Shown: piece after piece, positions 62,869-64,000 of the stretch | Position numbering within the stretch: position 1 is the first letter of the stretch | Layout: every line of letters starts with the position of its first letter | NCBI GenBank assembly: GCA_035319735.1 | Contig: DATHCD010000075.1 | Location: forward strand, 17,154-81,153 | Source of the DNA: Xanthobacteraceae bacterium | GTDB taxonomy: Bacteria > Pseudomonadota > Alphaproteobacteria > Rhizobiales > Xanthobacteraceae | DNA length: 64,000 nt | Direction: 5' to 3' | Notes under the pieces: generated by a model | Told to the model about the DNA's origin: nothing | Databases searched by the model: none | What the model saw: only the letters and a program-made list of their open reading frames with translations | Made by a program: the position numbers and the translations under genes

Positions 62869-64000
62869 ATGGCACGCATGTGGCCGCAGACCCTGAAGTT
62901 CAAGGTCATCCTCTACCTCACCATCGGACTGTCGGTGGCCATGCTGTTGTTCACCGGGGTGGTCGCCTGGTTTCTGCACAATCAAATCCTCGGCAAGGTG
63001 TCCGATCACGTCATGCAGCTCTCGGAAGTGATCACCAAGAGCACGCGTTTCGCCATGCTGCAGAACGAGCCCGCCTATGTCGATCAGATCATCCACGATG
63101 TAGCCGCCCAGGAAAAAATCGACCGGGTGAGAATTCTGAGCAAGGACGGGCGAATCATCCATTCGACCTACGCGCCGGAGATCGGCCAGACGGTGGACGC
63201 CAATGCCGAGGCGTGCTCGCGCTGCCATCAGAGCGGGCGTCCAATCGCGCAGGTTCCCCGAAACGAGCGAACCTGGACGTTCAAAGCACCGAACGGCAAG
63301 CCACTGCTCGGCAGCATGGAGGTGATCCGCAACGAACCGTCCTGCTACAACGCCGCCTGTCATCAGCACAAGAAAGAGACTTCCGTTCTCGGCATTCTCG
63401 ACATCAACTATTCGATCGAGGAAATCGACACCAAGTTGCGCACCAACACGCTGGAGATCGCCGGATTTTCCGTGGGGTTCATCGCGCTGGCTTCGCTGGC
63501 TGTCGGGTTCTTTGTGCACCGTCTGGTCTACCTGCCGCTGCGCGACCTCGAGACCGGAGCGCAACGGCTCTCCGCCGGAAATCTGGACCAGCCGATTCCG
63601 GTGCGCGGTGGCGACGAATTCGGCAGGCTCGCCTGCTCGTTCAACAGCATGACCGACGCCTTGCGTAATTCGCGGGCGGAGCTGCGCGATTCGGCTCATA
63701 CGCTCGAGCAAAAGGTGGAAAAACGGACGCAGGAACTGCGACGCGCGCAGGCGGAAACCATGCGCGGGGAGAAGCTCGCCTCGGTCGGGCTGCTGGCCTC
63801 GGGCGTCGCTCATGAATTGAACAACCCCCTCACCGGCATCCTGACCTTCTCGCATCTGCTGCGCCAGAAAATGCCCGACAACAGCCCCGACGCCGAGGAC
63901 ATGGACCTGGTGATCCGCGAGACCAAACGCTGTGCGGCCATCATCAAGCGGCTGCTCGATTTTGCCCGTGAAAAGCAACCGGAGAAGAAATTTAGCGATA
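62869..64000 (+). CDS. Sensor histidine kinase (partial; continues past the window edge) with a periplasmic domain carrying CXXCH and CX4CH motifs
   Basis: Missing from the ORF track because there is no stop in the window. My translation from ATG 62869: MARMWPQTLKFKVILYLTIGLSVAMLLFTGVVAWFL (TM1), then a ~150-aa domain with ACSRCH (63214..63228) and SCYNAACH (63343..63363), then IAGFSVGFIALASLAVGFFV (TM2), a HAMP domain (LPLRDLETGAQRLSAGNLDQPIPVRGGDEFGRLACSFNSMTDAL), a coiled coil, and the H-box LASGVAHELNNPLTGI. Confidence 0.85.
   Translation, partial: MARMWPQTLKFKVILYLTIGLSVAMLLFTGVVAWFLHNQILGKVSDHVMQLSEVITKSTRFAMLQNEPAYVDQIIHDVAAQEKIDRVRILSKDGRIIHSTYAPEIGQTVDANAEACSRCHQSGRPIAQVPRNERTWTFKAPNGKPLLGSMEVIRNEPSCYNAACHQHKKETSVLGILDINYSIEEIDTKLRTNTLEIAGFSVGFIALASLAVGFFVHRLVYLPLRDLETGAQRLSAGNLDQPIPVRGGDEFGRLACSFNSMTDALRNSRAELRDSAHTLEQKVEKRTQELRRAQAETMRGEKLASVGLLASGVAHELNNPLTGILTFSHLLRQKMPDNSPDAEDMDLVIRETKRCAAIIKRLLDFAREKQPEKKFSD

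Noticed and set aside
62761-63978. A 405-aa minus-strand ORF, the only long ORF the track offers for this region.
   Set aside because: The opposite strand encodes a textbook TM-sensor-TM-HAMP-HisKA kinase that has no stop in the window. The minus-strand translation is Arg/Gly/His-rich and motif-free.

Overview
This is a high-GC, gene-dense stretch that looks chromosomal. Protein families and codon style suggest an alphaproteobacterium of the Bradyrhizobiaceae or Hyphomicrobiales type, but that is a guess made without any database search. I support about 60 protein-coding genes. I found no rRNA, tRNA, CRISPR array, transposase, integrase or phage gene.

The main theme is uptake and CoA-dependent breakdown of organic acids:
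- Three complete LIV/HAAT-type ABC importers (9917-14567 +, 19554-24141 -, 34571-38969 +) and one spermidine/putrescine-type importer that lacks a binding protein (50479-53400 -).
- Three AliA-like acyl-CoA ligase paralogues. Two are intact; one is destroyed by an internal deletion of roughly 1 kb.
- One further acyl-CoA synthetase, two acyl-CoA dehydrogenases, an enoyl-CoA hydratase and an SCPx-type thiolase. Next to the thiolase is an HMG-CoA-synthase-like/DUF35 fusion.
- Several SDRs, CoA-transferases, malonyl-CoA decarboxylase, and IclR and TetR regulators.

Other content: an M20 deacylase / cyclase-family / class III extradiol dioxygenase operon, envelope proteins (beta-barrel OMP, AsmA, DUF3108, DUF1194), glpD, a HemG-like gene, and two tandem CheY-like regulators.

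The most unusual items, in my judgement:
1. A translationally coupled three-gene operon in which two Tat-signal NAD(P)-type oxidoreductases bracket a TLC (ATP:ADP antiporter family) transporter homologue (42233-45167).
2. A sensor histidine kinase that runs off the 3' edge, so it is missing from the ORF track. Its periplasmic domain carries CXXCH and CX4CH haem-c motifs, and it sits divergent from a 64-codon gene for a signal-peptide protein with its own CXXCH (62246-64000).
3. The apparently cysteine-less HMGCS-like/DUF35 fusion next to the thiolase (25438-28093).

Many long ORFs in the six-frame track are antisense artefacts typical of high-GC DNA, and I rejected them. All family assignments come from motif recognition by eye. 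No searches or calculations were run.
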